Below, one piece after another: positions 50,223 to 63,455 of a stretch of DNA of 63,679 nt (positions within the stretch are counted from its first letter, which is position 1; each line of letters begins with the position of its first letter). This DNA comes from Octopus bimaculoides (taxonomy: Eukaryota): positions 137,168,184 through 137,231,862 of the forward strand of contig NC_068981.1 of the NCBI RefSeq assembly GCF_001194135.2, read 5' to 3'. The notes beneath the pieces are model-generated. The model was not told where the DNA came from. It did not search any database and worked only from the letters and a program-made list of their open reading frames with translations. Both the position numbers and the translations under genes were made by a program.

Positions 50223-50545
50223 GGCTCATCATCAAATGGGCTGCACTACAAAAAAATTTCAAAGCAATTTTTTATTGAGCATGCCATTCAAAAAGCCCCA
50301 CAGGCCACAACCTGCTCATGGCTGATCTAAATGTCTCTTTGTAGTGGGGTATGTTATGTTCAAGTTGCAAGTGGTGGGGAGGGTCATATGGGTTGAGCTA
50401 TGAACCAGGTCTTTAAAATGTTTAAGTATACTTTTAGTTTAGCGGTTTTGGTCGACAATTAGTTTCATCAAGGATTATAGTTTTTATGGTTTACAAGTTC
50501 ATTATTTACATTTGACGGATATTTGTCCCCATCTAGTTTGTTGTT

Positions 50546-50591
50546 AACACAACGTTTCGGCTGATATACTCTCCAGCCTTCATCAGGTGTC
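50546..50591 (-). ncRNA. Minimal type I hammerhead ribozyme motif (second, identical copy on the opposite strand)
   Basis: The reverse complement of 50546-50591 is identical over 46 nt to 50656-50701. Predicted cleavage between 50551 and 50550. Confidence 0.75.
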
Positions 50592-50655
50592 TTCGGGAAA
50601 TTTTGAACCCAGGTTTGAAATTAGGAATGAGAACCACAGTTCGAAATTTCCCCAA

Positions 50656-50701
50656 GACACCTGATGAAGGCTGGAGAGTATATCAGCCGAAACGTTGTGT
50701 T
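50656..50701 (+). ncRNA. Minimal type I hammerhead ribozyme motif
   Basis: Stem I GACAC/GTGTT; core CTGATGA followed by an extra A; stem II GGCTG/CAGCC with 10-nt loop; GAAA; palindromic ACGT in place of stem III; predicted cleavage after GUU (50696). Confidence 0.75.
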
Positions 50702-53497
50702 AAAAACAAACCAAGATGAGGACAAATATCCGTCAAATGTAAATAATGTACATAATTCCTCATTTCTCAAATATAGAACTTGTTTATAAGTTGTTATAAG
50801 GCATAGCAGATCTAGACGAGTTCAGACCATTACAAACTTGCAAGAAAAAAAAAAAAAAAGATAAAGATCCCTTCCAAGTCATATAGACTCATAGGGCTAG
50901 TTCCCTACTTTCTTGGATGGGATGCCAGTCAATCACAGGATTACTCATTTTTGATGGCTGAGTGGAATGGAGCAACATGAAATGAAGGGCTCACCCAAGA
51001 ACACAGTGTATTGCCCAGTCCAGGAATCAAAACCAAAATCTTATGATCATGAGTCCAACACCCCTAGCCACATGCCTTCACTAACTTGCAAGGACTACTT
51101 GGAAATTAATGATAAGTTTTCTTCGTTCTGATTTAGCTTTTGTGTGGGTTGATTCCCACAAAATGTTTTTATTTCATTTCTGTTTTCACTGACTTGAGCA
51201 AATCCTGTTGCGGTTATAATACAGAGTGATCAGAATGAGTGTGAGAAATACAAATGGTGAGCTACTTTCTCATGATCGATAAATGAAAATAGATACGGCC
51301 TCACAACGAAACTAATTATTGTACTTGAATAACAGCTGAGCACAGATACAAATGACTGTGTGTATCCAATTGTAAACATATGTCAACAACCCATGCATGC
51401 ATTTTCAGAAACACTCAACACTTGTTTGCATGGGAAAACATATGCAAATATCTTTTTTTTTCTTCCTTTTCTGATACCAAGGGAACTGTGCCAATTTTTA
51501 TTGTGAAGTTTTATACTAACTCAAAAACTAAATCAGTGAGTTTTGATGATAAATAAGGTTAATTTGGTTTATATATGACCAGACTACTACAATCCTTTAC
51601 ACTTAGTTTTTTTCTTTTTTTTTTTATCTAAATGACAGAGAAAGAGATCCTGAACAAAAAATAGAGAGAGAGGCACAAGTGTGATAAGAAGGTTGCTTCC
51701 AAACCACATGGTTCTGGGTTCAGTCCCACTGTGTGGCACTTTGGATAAGTGTCTTCTATAGCCCCAAGTTGACCAATGCCTTGTGAGTAGAGTTGGAAAA
51801 CTGAAACTGTGTGAAAGTCCATTGTGTCTGCGTGTGCGTGTGTGTGTGAGTGTGTGTGTGTGTACGCACATATCTATGTGTGTGTGTATGTGTATGCAAG
51901 CACATTATGTGTGTGTTATCATCCCCTTGCACACACATGGTAGCTGAAAACAATTATCACCACCATGTAAGTGATGTCCTTTGATTCCAATCTTCTGCAA
52001 AAACGTATCTGGTCATGGGAAAATATTACCTTACTAGGAAACAAGAGAAGGGTTGTGACAGGAAGAGCATCCCAGCCATAGAAAAAACCCACCTCAACAA
52101 ATTCTGCCCCAACCATGCAAGAATGGAAAAGTGGATGTTAAAATGATGATGATAATAATGATGGAAGTATGTTATACTGTTTGCTAACAAAATAACACAA
52201 AACTGCAAAGACATTTGGAAATACTTTGCATTTTTTTTTCTCATGCTGTCTTTTAATTCTTTAGCACTCAGATTTCTCTGCCAAATGCATTGCTTATTCA
52301 TTCACATTGTTTTGAATTAATCACACATTATCTTGTAGCTTCAAGATTTTAAATTGTGTATTTGTATATTTTAAGAATGACATTGTAGGGTAGGTGTGAG
52401 AGGTTGGATCTGGTCAGTTCCAACATAAAACAGGTTGAATATTTGGGCCTCATATGGCCAAATTAAATGCTAACAGGCTAACTGAATATCAGTTATATTG
52501 TGCTTGATTGTAAACTCAACAAAAGAAGAGGAGTTAAAATCAATGTAAAAATAATTGGCTATTCATTTAACATTAAAAAAAATACTGTTAAAAAAATAAT
52601 AGGGCTCTGTTATGTTAAGCCCTTTGCCCTTTGTGAAACGTAGGCCAGGCCACCATTAACTTTTATCCACTCCTCTCTAAGGTTTGTGGGTTTTGAATTG
52701 TGATTGACACTTTTTAAACTTGGCTTTTTTTTCTACGTTGGAGTGTTGACCATAAGCAAAGTTTCAACCTCTGGGAAGTAGTGGTCTATATAAGTTTGAC
52801 CTCTGTCAGATGGCCAACTGTCAGATGTGGTCAGCATTCATGAGGCACGTGGTGAACTCACTGGTCAGAGCCAGTTCAGCCTACCCACGGTGAATACAAG
52901 TACAGACCTGACTGCTCACAACAAAATTGAGTCCACTGAAGGTTCCCAACAACTGTGTGGCTATTTTAAAATGGTCAATGGATTAACTCTACTAGTTACC
53001 TCCCCCACAAAAAGAAAACAAAATAAGAATGCATCCCCCACCCTCTAATGAGCTTTTACATAATCTCTGTCTATCAAAATTTCATTCACAAAATGCTGTA
53101 CGGTAGGATTGAAATCTAAATTGCATGGTGGCAGGGCAAACTCCTTAACCACACAACTATGACTACTAGCATGGAAACACATTGTGATAAGAGTGAAAAT
53201 TAGAAGCTTGCATCTGGTTTTCAGAGTTTAAAGTTTAGATTACTAGAGCAGTGAAAATAAAAAAATAAATAAATAAAAGTAATAAATGAATACAATAAAA
53301 AAAAACTTAGTCTTTTTGAAAAGAAATATTTTCACAAAACTAAACTTAAGCAAAAGCAGAAAACAGATTGTTTTGGTTTACTTTTCAAAATTGACGAGTG
53401 GGGTGGGTTAAAGTTGAAAGACTGTTTCTGTTTCTTTTTTTTTTTTTGTGTCTCGTATCTACCAATACTCACCACTTTTGCTGTGTTTTGTTAATGC

Positions 53498-53528
<31 letters not shown>

Positions 53529-54097
53529 TTACTTTTTCATGTTCTGCATTTTGCAACTAGCTCAGAAGCCGAATAAATAAACTCGCATTTTCATTTTATG
53601 AGCCTATGGCAATAACCCAGTAATGTCTGTTGCGATATCATTGAACATAGGTTATAGAAGTTGTTGATGTCACCTCTGGCTTCCTGATTGCACATGCTTA
53701 AGAGGTCAATATCCTTTAGGCTTTTTTTTTCTTTTATATTCTCGTAGGCTAAAACATACATCTAGTTTAGAGCAATTAAACTAATTCACATTTATTTTTA
53801 AACCAATGTGACTAGATAAAACTATCAAACTGGATATGAAGACGAAAATATTCATAGTTTTAGGAAGTTTGGTGACCTAGTTCATAACATTTTGGGATTA
53901 GCAAATCATCATCATCGTCTATTTTTCCAAGTTGGAAGTGACTTTTTTTTAATTGAGACAGCGTTTTACAGTCGGATGAACTTCCCAATGCCCTTTTGGT
54001 TATCTCTTACAAGATGCTGAGATAAACCCGAATGATACTTATATTTACAAAGGAAATAATGCTCAATGTCTTCTACAAACTGTAAACACATATTGTG

Positions 54098-54146
<49 letters not shown>

Positions 54147-56685
54147 CCTAGTTTTCTGCTTTGGAGTTCAAATGGGAAAGAAAGGGTGGGGAGCAGGAAA
54201 TCTGAACAATTAACTCAGTATCATCATCAATATCATTTTACATCCCATTTCCATGCTGGCATGAGTTAGATGGGTCATCAGTCTGAATCAGTTTTTGCTC
54301 TTGTAGACAAGCCAGAGGACCATCTTTTGGTCATTTATTTTATATTTGGCAGTTTCTATAGCTGGATGCCCTTCCTATAACCAACTACTTTACAGAGTGA
54401 AATATTTTCAATTACCAATTCAAAATCATCATTTTTTAACATTCATATTTCATGCTGGTGCCAACCACTTTATTTCAGTGAAACCTATTAGTGCTGGTGC
54501 CACATGAAAAGCACGGAGGCTGGTGCCATGTAAAAGGCACTGGGGCCAAAACAGACAACTGGGACCTAGTGCAACACTTGACCTTACCAGCTCCTGTTAA
54601 AACCCATGCCAGCCCGGAAAATAGATGTAAAATGATGATGATGATGATCTGTATTCTCAGTGTCCAAAAAGAATTTAGTTATCATTTGATTATAAAACAA
54701 GTAATGAACAAATGCTTTGCATCAACCATGATTTTAATAGGAATAAGGAGAGAGCTCTTGATTTTTCTTCCTAGACTGGTGAGATTGATGCAGTGGTTGG
54801 TTAGCCTGAACCACTGTAGATCAATGTCTGCAATAGCAACAGTAAATTGGGTGGAGCAGCAACTGTTTCAGGCAGCCAAGGACCAGGTGGTGGTGTCAAA
54901 ATGGGGAACATGTTTAGCTTGTCTTCATCCTATGCTAGCTAACTTGACACATCACTCCTGTTAACTGTATTTCTTTCTCCCAGTTTATCTTTCATCATTA
55001 CTTTTAATTAAGAATAAAAACATTTCTGAGTTGAAGAGGAAACCAGTGTGTAGTGTGTTTGTCTCAAATATATCCTCAAAGACAGGAAATGGTTCCAAGC
55101 ACATGCATTACATTAAAGTAGCTTCATTTGCAAAACACTGCAAAAAAAAAAAAAAAATACACACACACACACACTGAAAACCAAAAACAAAAAAGACAGC
55201 TAAAAATAAATCATTTTCGTTGTTTCAAACAACATATGTTTAGAAGTGGCAGTCACTTTCACATTGTACATCAACAAATTAATGCATTTCATGTTTTCAA
55301 ATAAGAAAACAAATGTTAGTTATTTGTTCATTAATGGGTCAGGCAAGTGTATTGCACTTGTAACATTACAATATCTGGCTTTTTGTTTTTCTTTTCATAT
55401 TTTTGAGTTCAAAGAATTTGGGAACCATTCTTATAACAAGCACTTGAGTACTGCCATGTGTGTGTGTATTTTGGTAATGTATATCATTGGTGAAAGATGT
55501 AAAATGACAATAAGAGGATCGATAAACCATGTCACTTTTACCACCATGAATGCAACAAATCAACGATTGGTCAACTGTGAAGCTGTAAGCTACAATGCTC
55601 TTGCGTACAAAAAGCAATATGATATATAAAGTGGTTACTCACAATCTTGGTGAAAATTAAATAAGCACTACACACACACACACACACATGGCATTTCTAT
55701 AGTTTATTATAAACATATGCATGAGCACACACACACATACACTGCATTTTATTATATAATCCTTAATTATCTATATTTAATTTAGCATCCATAATTAGGC
55801 GCTGGCATAGCTGTGTGGTTAAGAAGTCTATTTCACAACCACATGGTTTCAGATTCAGTCTGAGTGTAGAGCACCTTGAAAAAATGTCTTCCACTATAGC
55901 CCAGGGCAGCCCAATGCCTTGTGAGTGAATTTGGTAAATGGGAACAATAGGAAGCACACTGCAGGGAAGTATGTTCACATTCGTGTGTGAGTGTGTGTAC
56001 GCATCTGCATGAATGAGCATTAATGCTGATATTCCACAAATTTGCAAGAACAGGAAGAGCATCCTGCCATGCATTACTGCCTCATTAAACTTTGCCCAAT
56101 CCATGCCAGCATGGAGGGGAGGGGAACTGGATACAGGTGCAAGCATGGCTGTGTGCNNNNNNNNNNNNNNNNNNNNNNNNNNNNNNNNNNNNNNNNNNAG
56201 CTGTGTGGTTAAGAAGTCTATTTCACAACCACATGGTTTCAGATTCAGTCTGAGTGTAGAGCACCTTGAAAAAATGTCTTCCACTATAGCCCAGGGCAGC
56301 CCAATGCCTTGTGAGTGAATTTGGTAAATGGGAACAATAGGAAGCACACTGCAGGGAAGTATGTTCACATTCGTGTGTGAGTGTGTGTACGCATCTGCAT
56401 GAATGAGCATTAATGCTGATATTCCACAAATTTGCAAGAACAGGAAGAGCATCCTGCCATGCATTACTGCCTCATTAAACTTTGCCCAATCCATGCCAGC
56501 ATGGAGGGGAGGGGAACTGGATACAGGTGCAAGCATGGCTGTGTGCTAAGAAGCTTGCATCCCAGCCACATGGTTCTAGGTTCAGTCCCTTTGTTTCTTC
56601 TACAATAGCCTCAAGCCAACCAAAGCCTTGTGAGTGGACTTGACAGATGGAAACTGAAAGAATTCGGTTATATATATATATATCA

Positions 56686-57100
56686 TAGCTGTGGCCAGTG
56701 ATCCCTGACTGGCTTCCATGCCAGTGGCACATAAAAAGCACCATCCGAATGTGGTCAATGCCAGATCTGCTTGACTGGCTCCTGTGCCAGAGGCATGTAA
56801 AAAGCACCAACCGATTGAGGCCGATGCCAGTACCCACTAACTGGCTCTTATGGCGGTGGCACATAAAAAAGCACCATCCAAACATGATCGTTGCCAGGCC
56901 TGCCTGACTGGCTCCTGTGCTGGGGGCATGTAAAAAGCACCCACTACACTCTCGGAGTGGTTGGCGTTAGGAAGGGCATCCAGCTGTAGAAACATTGCCA
57001 GATCAGATTGGAGCCTGGTGCAGCCACTGGCTCTCCAGATCTCAGTCAAACCATCCAACCCATGCCAGCATGGGAAATGGACGTTAAACGATGATGATGA
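56686..57100 (+). mobile_element. RTE-type 3' UTR copy with four tandem hairpin modules
   Basis: GCCAG-starting modules at 56694, 56760, 56826 and 56893, then the conserved tail and (GAT)n. Confidence 0.7.
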
Positions 57101-58099
57101 TATATATATATGTGCGTGTGTCTTTGTATCTGTGTTGTCCCTACCACCACCACTTTACAACCAGTAGTGGTGTGTTTACATCCCTGTAACTTAGCGGTTT
57201 GGCAAAAGTGACTGATAGAAAAGTACCATGCTTTAAAAATAATAATAAAAAATAAGTATTGGGGTCGATTCAATCAACTAAAAATTCTTCAAGATGGTGC
57301 CCTAGCATGGCCACAGTCTAATGACTGCAAAAAGTAAAAGATAAAAGATAATAATAATGATGATATATAAACTATTCAAAAGCCAATAATCCTGCAACAA
57401 CCACCAGGTATTATAATTCCTTGCAGACAGATGTTAATCAAGCCTGAAGAATCCTTTGATCGCGTTTATGCTTTCAATTTTGTTGGGTTTTTTTTCCCTA
57501 TAGGAGTTTAAAATGTGAAGCATCAAGAATTATTATTATAAGCGGTAAGTGTAAGAGGGTTAAAGTTGTTTAGAGTCCTTTCTAATCATGTCTAGCAATC
57601 AAATAAAATCATTAAAATGTATAATTAATTAAGAAATAGTGGGTTTCCCAGCAGCAAAGGTGTATAATATACTGGTTTGAAAAATGTGAATGGATAAAAA
57701 GCAAAAGAAAAAAAAATATACAACATGTTGGCTGAGTAATTAAGACAGTGCAAGAGTGATCAGTAATCACATCAAAAGTTGTTGAAGATATTAAAGTATG
57801 TCTTCAGGCAAGACATTTCTCTATTGTCTTAGTTTAAAATATGATTCTGCTCACACATCACAGTTGATTGGTTTAGCATAATTAAAAAAAAAAAAAAAAG
57901 ATAATAATAATAATAATAAAACAGTGCTTTGAAAAATGTTGCAGACTCATTCACTCAATGAATGCCAGACAGTGAAATAAGATGGGAATAATAGGTTTGT
58001 AAAAAAAAAAAAAAAAGTAAATAAAAATAAGAAAAAAAAAACAACTGAAAGCTGAATTATATGTTCATATCAACCTAGCATTTTGAAGGTAGACATTAA

Positions 58100-58320
58100 C
58101 CCATTAGCATTCAGATTCCTATATCAAATGAAATTCTTATCTATTCATGTAGTTTTGAATTAATCATGCATTATTTCATAGATTCAAAATTTCAATGACG
58201 CAATTGTTTATTTTTAGAATGACATTATAAGGTAGGTGTAAGGGGCCAGATCTGGCTGGTTTAAAGCATAAAACAAGTAGAATATTTGGGCTTGATATGG
58301 CCAGTTTAAATGCTAAAGGG
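58100..58320. mobile_element. piggyBac-type MITE (decayed copies near 16715-17315 and 52260-52475)
   Basis: TTAA on both sides, CCC...GGG termini, 12-bp TIR CCC(A/T)TTAGCATT. Confidence 0.75.
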
Positions 58321-61300
58321 TTAAAATAGATACACGTTTTACCTCTTACTTTTTTCAGTCATTTGACTGTGCCCAGGTTGGAGCATGGCCTTGAAGGGTT
58401 TTACTCAAACAAATCGACCCCAGGACTAATTTTAAAGCCTAGTACTTATTCTATCAGTCTTTTTTGCTGAACTGCTAAGTTACAGGGACATAAACACAAA
58501 AGAACCAGTTGTCAAGCAGTGATGCGGGGACAAACACAAACACAAACACATAGATATCTATACATGTGTGTGTGTGTGTATGACTCACAAGGCTTTGGCT
58601 TGCCTGAGGCTATAGTAAAAGACACTTGTCCAAGGTGCCATGCAGTGGGACTGAACCTGGAACCATGTGGTTTAGGAAGCAAGCTTCTTATCACACAGCC
58701 ACGCCTGAATAATTATCTCCAGATGATATAAACTCCTAAAAAATAATGATTAACTCTTTAAAAAAGAGAAGAGACGAATTTCCTCTTGGAAAGGATACAA
58801 GTCTACCATCAACAGCATTCCTAGAATATCTGTTTCTTTATAGCAAAGTAAACTGAGATATAAAGTTGTCTTGATAACAGACTCAACAAAACATCTAAGG
58901 AGGATCTGATCTCATGGTTTATGAATTGGGAACACAAAGTTTTGTTTATTTTTGCCTCTACTTCAACATCTGCTTGAATCTTCAGTGCATCTATCCTTGT
59001 TTATTACACATTCATTTATCACTAATCCTTGTAAACAACGCACACACAATTGTGAACTGTGCCATTCTTATCACAAATTGATCTGTGGTAACACATGTTA
59101 GAGATTAGTCAACAGTTTTGCTTGGACAGCAGAAGCATGCCACAGCAGCCATCCACAATGCTAAGGATAACTTAGGACCTTGGAATGAAACCTATTTTCC
59201 ATATGTTCTATTACTCCTTTATCACTGATTCTTTTAACACAGTATCTTTGTTATTTGGCGGGTGGGGACCGAACACCCATAATAAACAAGGATATATTAG
59301 TCTTGCAGTGTTAGGATGTTGAAAGATGAAGCCTTACTTCTGGATATTACAAACAAGTAAATGAATTGAAAATTGCTGTTGTTTAGCCCCAGGTCAATTC
59401 TGAGCAAGCAGAAGATCTAATCAATGATCAATGAGAAGAGTCTACCCAGAGACAAACATTTTGGTCAGGTCTTAAGTTTGATGATACTGTCCCTTCTCTC
59501 TCCCGACCAATCTTGGAGGCCCTTCTGAAGGATCATGGGCATTACCTTCCCCCAGACAAAAAAAAGTATAACTTAGTTATTTCATGTCAACATGATTAAC
59601 AAGTTTTCATTTGTTAATAGGGAGGCAGGGATGTTCTGAGTTCAGATAAGCAAGGTCAACTTTGCCTTTTGTCTTTTCAAAGGTAAAAAAAAAGGGAGTA
59701 TCAGTCAAGTACTGGGATCAATGTAACTGGAGTAAACCTTTTTTACAACATTGCTGGTCTTGTGTCAAAATTAGGAAGAATTATTTGAGGAACAGGAGTT
59801 GCATATGTAATTTCTTTCAAGAATTCTTAGACCGTAGTTGACATTCTATGTGAAAATGTTATACTTTGTCAAATTCTCTTACCATGGAGAAAATGTGAGT
59901 TCTAGAGGATTACAGTTATAGCTAAAATGGATTGGAAAATGTTTAGTTTGACTTCACCAAACCCCAAACAAAATAGAAAATGTGTGCTGTTTCCTGCTTC
60001 TTGGTTGAGAGAAGCAGAAGTCTTTATAATAACCAATAGAGATGTACTCTACAAGATGTTTGTATACGAATGCAAGTTTTCTCTTCTTGACTGGGAACCT
60101 TACCACTACCAGCTTGGTGATAGTAAGGTTACATTTTACCTCTCACTTGTTTCAGTCACTGCAGTGCAGCCATGCAAGGGCACGGCCAAGAAGGGTTCTG
60201 CCTTGAAGGATTTTGGTCAAAGAATTCAACCCCATTACTTAATTTTAAGTCTAGTATTTATTCTAATGGCTTCTATAGCTGAAATGTTAAGCCATGGAGA
60301 CATAAAACATACCAGACATTAGTTATCAAGAGGCAGATAGGGGACAAACACACACACACGACAGACTTCCACGCAGTTTCTGTCAAGGCACTGACCACTG
60401 GCTATGATAGAAGACACTTGTCCTAGGAGCCATGTGGTGGGACTGAATGTGTGCAGTAGAAAACATATTCAGTTCACGGCTGGCACTTACTGTAACAAAT
60501 TCATAGCAGGCATCATTGTGGCAATGATAAGAAATCAACTTAGGCAGATGTCATTAGAATAATGGTAATCGCATGTGGTCTGTGGCCTTTAGGCAGAAGA
60601 GAGATTGTGCTACTTGGTGTACCAAAATGGCAAAAGAGGCTGAGGGCGCCAAACGCTGGACTACAATAGGTGTCGGTTGTCATGCCACCTGGTGGCCTAT
60701 CTCATCAGAGGGACATAATTCAGCTATTTTCACTATGCTACAAAGCACTCAATAAATGCTATAGAGTGGTTGGCATTAGGAAGGGCATCCGGCTATAGAA
60801 ACTCTACTGAAGTTGATATTAGAGCTCAGTAGCAGAGCCCTGTGGTTTGCTAGATCCTGTCAAATTATTCAACCCATATCAGCACAGAAAACAGACATTA
60901 AATGATGATGATAATGATTAAGACTACATCATCCAATGTGTCTGCTTCTTTCCCCAGACAGTAAGATGTGATTTGAAAGAGATTAAACTGCTGTTTCTAG
61001 CAGGACGAGTGTTCACACAGAGAGACTAACAAGCTGGTTCATATATTTCAATGTTGATCGCACTTTTGCTTTCCATAAGGAAGGTCAACAACCGAAATGT
61101 GTTGACACAGAAAGTGTATATAGTCTGCTAAAATGCAATTTTGTCCATGATATGAGTTCTACGTCATGAAAGATAATCAGAAAATGGGAGGTGTAGCATT
61201 TGCAAGCATCTTTGTAACTGGGTGTTGTCCACGGTGCAGGAAGGGTGTAGCGCTGTAAGACTGTTTGTTTCCTCTGATTAAATGAAGTTAAAATAATAAT

Positions 61301-61617
61301 AATAATTGTAATAATAATAATCATAATAATAATAATAATTGTAATAATAATAATCATAATAATAACAACAACAGGATGGTTTTGTTTAAGATTAAAATAT
61401 TCTTATTTAAAAATATATTTTTCGTATAATTTACAATAGCATTCAAAAAAAAAAAAACAGAGCAAATTGAACACAAACACAAAGAAATACAACGTAGCAT
61501 GAACACACACACACACACACTCAAACATATACATACCATACATGCATGCATATATTGCATGTACATATGCATATACCTACCTACACAAATACACAGACAA
61601 CTGCATATATATGTCTG

Positions 61618-61649
<32 letters not shown>

Positions 61650-62728
61650 TGCATATATACATATGTATGTATAAATATATATATATATGCATACACACAC
61701 ATGCATATATACATATATATGTATATATAAATATATATATGCATACACACACACATCCATACCATACATACACTGTACACTCATGGATGCATATATGTGT
61801 GTGTGTACATGTGCGTGAGTGTGTATATATATATATAAACTCAGACATAGACACACACACACGTTTAAATGAAATCCAATCTCCAAATACATGTAAACAT
61901 ATGACAAGTAAACAAGAATTTACTGCGTATTTTGTCTAGCAACAGATATGGCTGGCGTGAAAAACACTGCTGACAAATTGGACATAATGCAACTGCTGCA
62001 TTAAATATGGCATTCCAACTAACTGAAATCGGCATATCTTTGGAATGTTGAATAAATGTCACCATAACTTTTACAAGTTAGAAACGACTTGAACCTTGAA
62101 CCGATCTCACATTGATTATCGCCAGACAGAAAAACCTGCCATTCTTCTAGCCTTACTTGCTTATTATTATTATTATTATTATTATTATATTACTATGATT
62201 ATTATTATCATTATTATTATTACTATGATTATTATTATCATTATTATTATTACTAATTTATTTATTTATTTATTTATTTAGCAAACGTTTATGCACAACA
62301 TAGCAAACAGACAAGTAAGTGGAATGGTAAAACATTTGTAATCTTTCACAGGATTGCTTACAAATATTTGTTTTTCAACAAAGACACAAGGCCTGACGTT
62401 GTGTTGTCGGGGGAGGGATGAGGTACAGGAGAAACAGTCGCTCATATCAATCCTCCGGAGAAATGAAAGGCAGTATTTGATGCTCTAATGATCCTGCCAA
62501 GTTCTCTAAACACAATGCATATTCATGAAAACAAATTTGTTACACAATATGTACATACACACACATGGGCTGACCCATATTTTCAAAGTGAAATTCAATA
62601 GAAGGAAACTGTAAGGAAACTCACTGGGTAAAGAATGTATTTGTAATTCAATAGGCACAACCTTATTAGATAATTATGTTAAGGGGAAACATATAAGTGC
62701 ACTAACACTTAATCGAAGAGCAGCATCA

Positions 62729-62800
<72 letters not shown>

Positions 62801-62810
62801 CACACACACA

Positions 62811-63455
62811 CAGGATGCGGTGAATAAACTGTTGTCTAAATTACGCAAAAATGAAAATAATGCTGACATCTCATTTTAACAGATATATATATATATACAA
62901 AAATTGCATAAAAATATCTTGAAATACTAGAGAGTAAATTTATTCAATAAAATCGCCATTGGCTTCAACCATATCCTCCAGACGACTTTGGAATCTCCTG
63001 CAACTCTTCTGGACGGTCTCCTTGTTTAAGTTGGTGAATGCTGCCATAATATTTGCCTTCAGTTCATCCTGGGTGTTACAAGGCATTTTGTTGGTCTCTC
63101 ACATCAACTACGCCCCACACATAATGGTTAAGGGGGTTGCAGTCTGGGGAGTCAGGTGTCCAGATTTTAGGGGTGATGTGGTTGCAGAAATTGTCTGACA
63201 GCCTTCACTGAGTTCTCCTGCTTGGGTGGCATGCATGGCTCAGAGTTCTGTTGCCAGACATAGGATCTTTCAGCAGCCACCCTCTTCATCCAGGGCAACA
63301 CTACCTCCTCCAGGTACTTGATGCAGGCCTCTGTGTTGAATTTGAAGCCATACGGGAAGATGAATGGAGGCATAACATTGCCATCACTAGTGATCACTCA
63401 AAACACCATGATGTTGACTGGATGTTTGATTTTTATCACTCTCGGTACATGTCCT
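62811..63455 (-). mobile_element. Decayed Tc1/mariner (DD37D, maT-like) transposon: 3' half of transposase plus TIR
   Basis: Frames give KIKHPVNIMVF*VITSDGNVMPPF, YVWQQNSEPC, WTPDSPDCNPLNHYVWG and ETNK...RLEDMVEANGDFIE* (stop 62940-62942). The two last catalytic Asp positions (both N here) are 37 residues apart after removing a 4-nt insertion. Stops and frameshifts present. Confidence 0.8.

Larger units (their letters stand above)
50500..50748. mobile_element. Foldback element (about 109-bp arms, 30-nt spacer), Penelope-like pseudo-LTR derivative
   Basis: 50500-50608 is the near-perfect reverse complement of 50639-50748, and each arm holds a hammerhead motif. Confidence 0.8.

Noticed and set aside
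54906-54924. p53-response-element-like GAACATGTTT/TAGCTTGTCT (vertebrate TIGAR is a p53 target)
   Set aside because: One perfect half-site, but the second overlaps by a base and is mismatched. Such matches are expected by chance.
55246-55629. ORF beginning MAVTFTLYI, superficially like a TIGAR N-terminus
   Set aside because: Wrong strand, GTG start, no RH motif.
56066-56075. ATG AGG CA|GTAATG (M-R-H) as exon 1
   Set aside because: Lies within a repeat (and its duplicated copy) and lacks the beta-strand that precedes RHG.
55809-56546. Exact 348-bp direct duplication (55809-56156 and 56199-56546) producing the 257-aa repeated ORF
   Set aside because: Identical copies flank a 42-N gap, the typical signature of unmerged overlapping contig ends. 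Probably an assembly artefact.
60491-60520. Minus-strand MMPAMNLL + CA|GTAAGT as an alternative TIGAR exon 1
   Set aside because: Good donor and phase, but it would give LHG instead of the catalytic RHG motif.
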